The position numbers were made by a program, and so were the translations under genes. Positions 26,928 through 30,404 of a stretch of 30,404 bases of DNA are shown piece by piece. The stretch spans positions 1 through 30,404 of the forward strand of contig JBDKFG010000071.1 in NCBI GenBank assembly GCA_039798785.1. Direction: 5' to 3'. Numbering within the stretch: position 1 is the stretch's first letter; each line of letters opens with the position of its first letter. The notes under the pieces were generated by a model. That model did no database searches, was not told where the DNA came from, and saw only the letters and a list, made by a program, of their open reading frames with translations. Source of the stretch: Verrucomicrobiota bacterium (GTDB taxonomy: Bacteria; Verrucomicrobiota; Lentisphaeria; Lentisphaerales; Lentisphaeraceae).

Positions 26928-26960
26928 AGAAGCGCCCCGTCGGGGAGACGGGGCGCTTCT
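26928..26960 (-). terminator. Rho-independent terminator after argC
   Basis: 14-bp perfect stem AGAAGCGCCCCGTC/GACGGGGCGCTTCT. Confidence 0.8.
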
Positions 26961-26979
26961 CGGCATTTGGCGGCGGGCT

Positions 26980-28014
26980 TCAGATCAGCGAGGTTTTCTC
27001 GTCGAAGCCGAAAATGATGTTGAAGCATTGGACCGCCTGGCCGGCGGCGCCTTTGGTGAGGTTGTCGATCGCCGAGGACAAGATGAGCTTGCCGGTGTGG
27101 GGGTCGAGCACCGCGCCGAACTCGCAGGTGTTGGTGAGGGTGACGTTTTTGGTGTCGGCGAGTTTGCCGGGAGGGAGGATGCGGACGAAGGGTTCCTTGC
27201 CGTAGGCGGCTTTCCAGCAGGCCTGCACCGCTTCGATGGTGCAGCCGGGGGCGGCGTCGACGACGATGGTCGAGTGGATGCCGCGGTTGACCGGCACCAG
27301 GTGGGGGATGAAGTTGATCTTGACTTCCGCCAGGCCGGCCTGCTCCGCCAGTTCCTGCTCGATCTCGGGCAGGTGGCGGTGGCCGCTGACGCCATAGGGG
27401 CGGCAGCTCTCGTTGCATTCCGGGAAGATATATTCCAGGGCGACCTTGCGGCCGGCGCCGGAGACGCCGCTCATGCTCGAGCAGACAATGCCGGCGGAGC
27501 TGACCAGCCCGGCCTTGAGCAGGGGCGCCAGAGGCAGGACGATCGAGGTCGGATAGCATCCGGGGCAGGCGATCAAGTCGGCCTTGCGAATCGCCTCGCG
27601 CTTGCGCTCGGGAGCGCCATAGACACTTGCGGCGAGCAGGGCCGGCGAGGGGTGATCCTCCTTGTAGTACTTCTTGTACTGAGCCTGCGATTTGAGGCGG
27701 AAGTCGGCCGACAGGTCGATGATCTTGACCCCGGCTTCCATCAGGGGGATGGCGAACTCCGCCGCCAGACCATGAGGCAAAGCCAGGAAGGCCGCCTGGG
27801 CGGTCTTGGCGATGGACGCGACGTCGGGCGCCGAGAACTTCAGGCCGCTGCCGCCGAAACGGGGGAAGACTTCCGACACCGGCTGGCCGTCGTATTGACG
27901 CGAGGTGATGGTGCTGATCTCGACGTCGGGGTGACGGGTGAGCAGGCGAAGCAATTCTTCGCCGCTATAACCGGAGGCGCCGACGATGGCGACTTTGACT
28001 TTCGGGTGAGACAT
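26980..28014 (-). CDS. argC: N-acetyl-gamma-glutamyl-phosphate reductase
   Basis: GASGYSG, DLSADFRL, PGCYPT, SGVSGAG, HRHLPEI, DNLTKGAAGQAVQ. Confidence 0.97.
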   Translation of the reverse strand: MSHPKVKVAIVGASGYSGEELLRLLTRHPDVEISTITSRQYDGQPVSEVFPRFGGSGLKFSAPDVASIAKTAQAAFLALPHGLAAEFAIPLMEAGVKIIDLSADFRLKSQAQYKKYYKEDHPSPALLAASVYGAPERKREAIRKADLIACPGCYPTSIVLPLAPLLKAGLVSSAGIVCSSMSGVSGAGRKVALEYIFPECNESCRPYGVSGHRHLPEIEQELAEQAGLAEVKINFIPHLVPVNRGIHSTIVVDAAPGCTIEAVQACWKAAYGKEPFVRILPPGKLADTKNVTLTNTCEFGAVLDPHTGKLILSSAIDNLTKGAAGQAVQCFNIIFGFDEKTSLI

Positions 28015-28161
28015 GAGGGCTCCTTTCGGCTGTTGCATCTGTGAATGAAATCGCGCGGAAATTAACCCGCCTTCCCGGGAATCCGCCCCCTGCCGCCGGC
28101 GCTTTGATGAAAAATTCTGTCAATTCCGCCGCTCCTCCACTGAGCTTGTTGACTACGATGA

Positions 28162-28380
28162 ACAGCCCTGTTAGCAAAAGTCGAAGACCATCTGCCAGCC
28201 CGTGATTGCAACCCGCTCATCGAAGCCGGCCTCGCCAAACTGCCCGCCGGCACCTTCGCCGCCGGTAAAGCCGATGGCTCCGCCACTCTCGTCATTAACC
28301 CCAACGGCGAAATCGCCGTCTCCATCGCCGACGGCGCCGGACGCACTCTCATCCAATTCCAGGCCGGCAAAGCCAACTAA
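28162..28380 (+). pseudogene. 5'-truncated RHS/YD-like gene remnant (not in the ORF track)
   Basis: Open frame without an ATG: ...LIEAGLAKLPAGTFAAGKADGSATLVINPNGEIAVSIADGAGRTLIQFQAGKAN*; strong C-ending codon bias from ~28210. Confidence 0.6.
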
Positions 28381-28400
28381 GATCCAAGGAAACCTCACCC

Positions 28401-29571
28401 ATGCTTCACCGATTCACCCTCTTCGCAGCGCTCCTCGGCCTCGGCCTGAGCAGCCGCGCCGATGAACCCGATTACTCCCAGTACGAAATCAAAACCTGGT
28501 CCACCGCCACCCACGACGTCATGGTCGGCGGCATCCTCGAGTCCAGCCAGACCGACGCCCTCGGCAACACCAACAAGTCGCGCTCCGACGCCGCCGGACG
28601 CACCCGCATCTCCATCGACGCCGACGGCAACCAATCGACCGCCAAGTTCGACGCCAATGGCAACCTGGTCGAATCCCGCGACGCCCTGAACCACGGCCAG
28701 AACTGCTCCTACGACGCCCTCAACCAGCCGGCCGGATAATCCGGCTCTTTTCTCTTGCGCTCGCTCCGATTCAACTGTCAGGTTTTTCGTAGACAAATGT
28801 AAAACGGGTCGTTACGACCCCGCCGACACCCAGGAGCAAGCCGAAGGCAAATCCCGCACCACCACCTACAACGCCTCCGGCGCAGTAGCGACCCAGACCG
28901 ACACCAAGGGCGCAGTCACCACCAACGCCTACAACCTCCGCGATCAACTCACCTCGATCACCGAACGCGCCACTGGCGTTGTCACCTTCGCCTACGATGC
29001 CAAAGGCCAGCGGACTTCCGTCACCGACCAGCTCGGCAAAGTCACTTCCTACCAGTTCAACCCCCGCGGCGAACTGGTCAAGACCATCAACGCCGACGCC
29101 TCGGTTGATGAAACCGTCTTCGACGCCCTCGGACGCAAGGCCAAGATCATCCACCCCGGCGGCAACAGTGCGGTGATGAGCTACGACCTCACCTCGCGCC
29201 TCCTCAGCAGGAGCTACTTCGCCGCCGGTTCCGGCATCGCCGAATCCACCGACAGCTTCACCTACGACCTCGCCTCCCGCCCGGTCACTGCCAACAACGC
29301 CGACGCCTTGATCAGCTACGCCTACGACTCTATCGGTCGCCGCAGCTCTTTGACCCAGACCGTCGACGGCCTTGCCAAAACCGTGAACTTCGTCTATGAT
29401 GCTGCCAACCGCCTCCTCTCCCGCAGCCCCGAGGGCCTCGCCGTGGAATCCCGCACCTTCACCAACCGTGGTAAGCTCGCCTCCGTTAGCCTGGGAGCCC
29501 CGCATGCCGATGCGGGCCTAGTTGCTTCTATGCCGTGCCCCTCTAAGCCCGCCCCCGGAATAAGAGAGTAG
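28401..29571 (+). pseudogene. Interrupted RHS/YD-repeat protein gene with its own signal peptide
   Basis: 28401-28739 encodes a signal peptide and YD repeats (TDALGN, DAAGRT, FDANGN, YDALNQ). The repeats resume in another frame at ~28822 (YNASG, YDAKGQR, FDALGR, YDSIGRR, YDAANR) and end at ~29495. Confidence 0.82.
29491..29517 (+). repeat. REP-like palindrome (CTGGGAGCCCCG family) at the RHS truncation point
   Basis: CTGGGAGCCCCGCATGCCGATGCGGGC. Confidence 0.6.
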
Positions 29572-29663
29572 GGTAGCACCCGCAGCCAGCACCCCACGGA
29601 ATCGCCCATGAGCAACAAACCTCGTCCCAGAATCAATCATCCACTTAATGGTGCGGTGTAAAT

Positions 29664-30077
29664 ATGTCTAGAAACAAACTCGCACTATTAACGATGTTTT
29701 CAGCGCTTGTTTCATGTAAAGATGAAACCGTCGATATTGCCAGAGAAATATCTGGCTCCGGGAATATAGACTTTCAATCCATTCGAATAAAAATATCTAA
29801 TTCAAGGTCAGATATTTCTGAAGAAAGCCGCGTGCTACTGCTGGATGCAATTTGCGAAAATTTATTAATTACACCTTGTGAGCACGACAAAATTAATGAG
29901 GCAATTAATTTTTATGAACTCCTTAAATGGCATGAATTGGATCAGAGAATTACAGAATTTCTAAAGGCTAACAAGGAAAACCTTAGCCAAAAAAAACTGT
30001 TTACTACGGGTGGTGAGACAAGTTTTTATTTATTTTACATGTTTCGAATGAAGGTGTTGCGGGAACAGGACTTATGA
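29664..30077 (+). CDS. AT-rich hypothetical lipoprotein, candidate RHS immunity protein
   Basis: 137 aa, ALVSC lipobox, sharply lower GC, located downstream of RHS remnants. Confidence 0.65.
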   Translation: MSRNKLALLTMFSALVSCKDETVDIAREISGSGNIDFQSIRIKISNSRSDISEESRVLLLDAICENLLITPCEHDKINEAINFYELLKWHELDQRITEFLKANKENLSQKKLFTTGGETSFYLFYMFRMKVLREQDL

Positions 30078-30404
30078 CGGTCAGACCTTCATAACAAGTG
30101 GGCAATAGGGGACAGGCCCCTATTAGGACAGCATGATGTGTCTATTGGACCCTAGGTGCCAGGCACCTTTTGGGGCCCTCCACCCCCGGAATTCACGACA
30201 CCTATCCAGTCTATTTTTGCGAAAGCCGCAGGACTTCGCAGCATTTTGCGCCAATTGACTGCCGTCCGCGAGGAGAATTCCGACGCAGCTCCCAGTTTTT
30301 TGCCAAGGTTCTTCACCTCATCCTGCACATCCCGCACTTCCGGCATCACACTATCAAACTACCGCTTCTCTTCTGGGCGCGTTGGCCATCCGCAACACAG
30401 TTAG

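Noticed and set aside
30152..30404. Short ORFs at the window end
   Set aside because: No recognisable motifs, and they overlap palindromes; cannot be judged without downstream sequence

Overview
A GC-rich bacterial chromosomal window; gene content and REP-like palindromes suggest a PVC-superphylum organism (inference only). Nearly all genes are on the minus strand. Housekeeping genes: moeB, a CNNM/CBS protein, ybeY, fabF, acpP, cdsA, uppS, purA, a YgjP-like peptidase, an O-antigen-ligase-like protein, a metzincin-NPCBM lipoprotein, HNH, an RRM protein, PHP, dapE, tRNA-Pro(TGG) and argC. There is also a TetR-led ABC/HlyD/TolC efflux operon. The unusual parts are mostly non-coding or accessory. 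(1) Short tandem repeats sit at gene junctions, including every junction of the efflux operon. Two different heptamer arrays of 12 units each (84 bp) are complementary in register and could form one long hairpin. (2) A 1.6-kb cassette is bracketed by a duplicated ~65-bp dapE promoter/start region. It carries a PolA-C-terminus-like remnant, a YrhB/Imm35-like gene and a chimeric cyclic-phosphate-processing receiver gene. (3) Two REP-like palindrome families mark rearrangement breakpoints. (4) A decayed, apparently two-part RHS/YD locus is followed by an AT-rich orphan immunity-like lipoprotein. All family calls come from motif recognition by eye; no searches were run.
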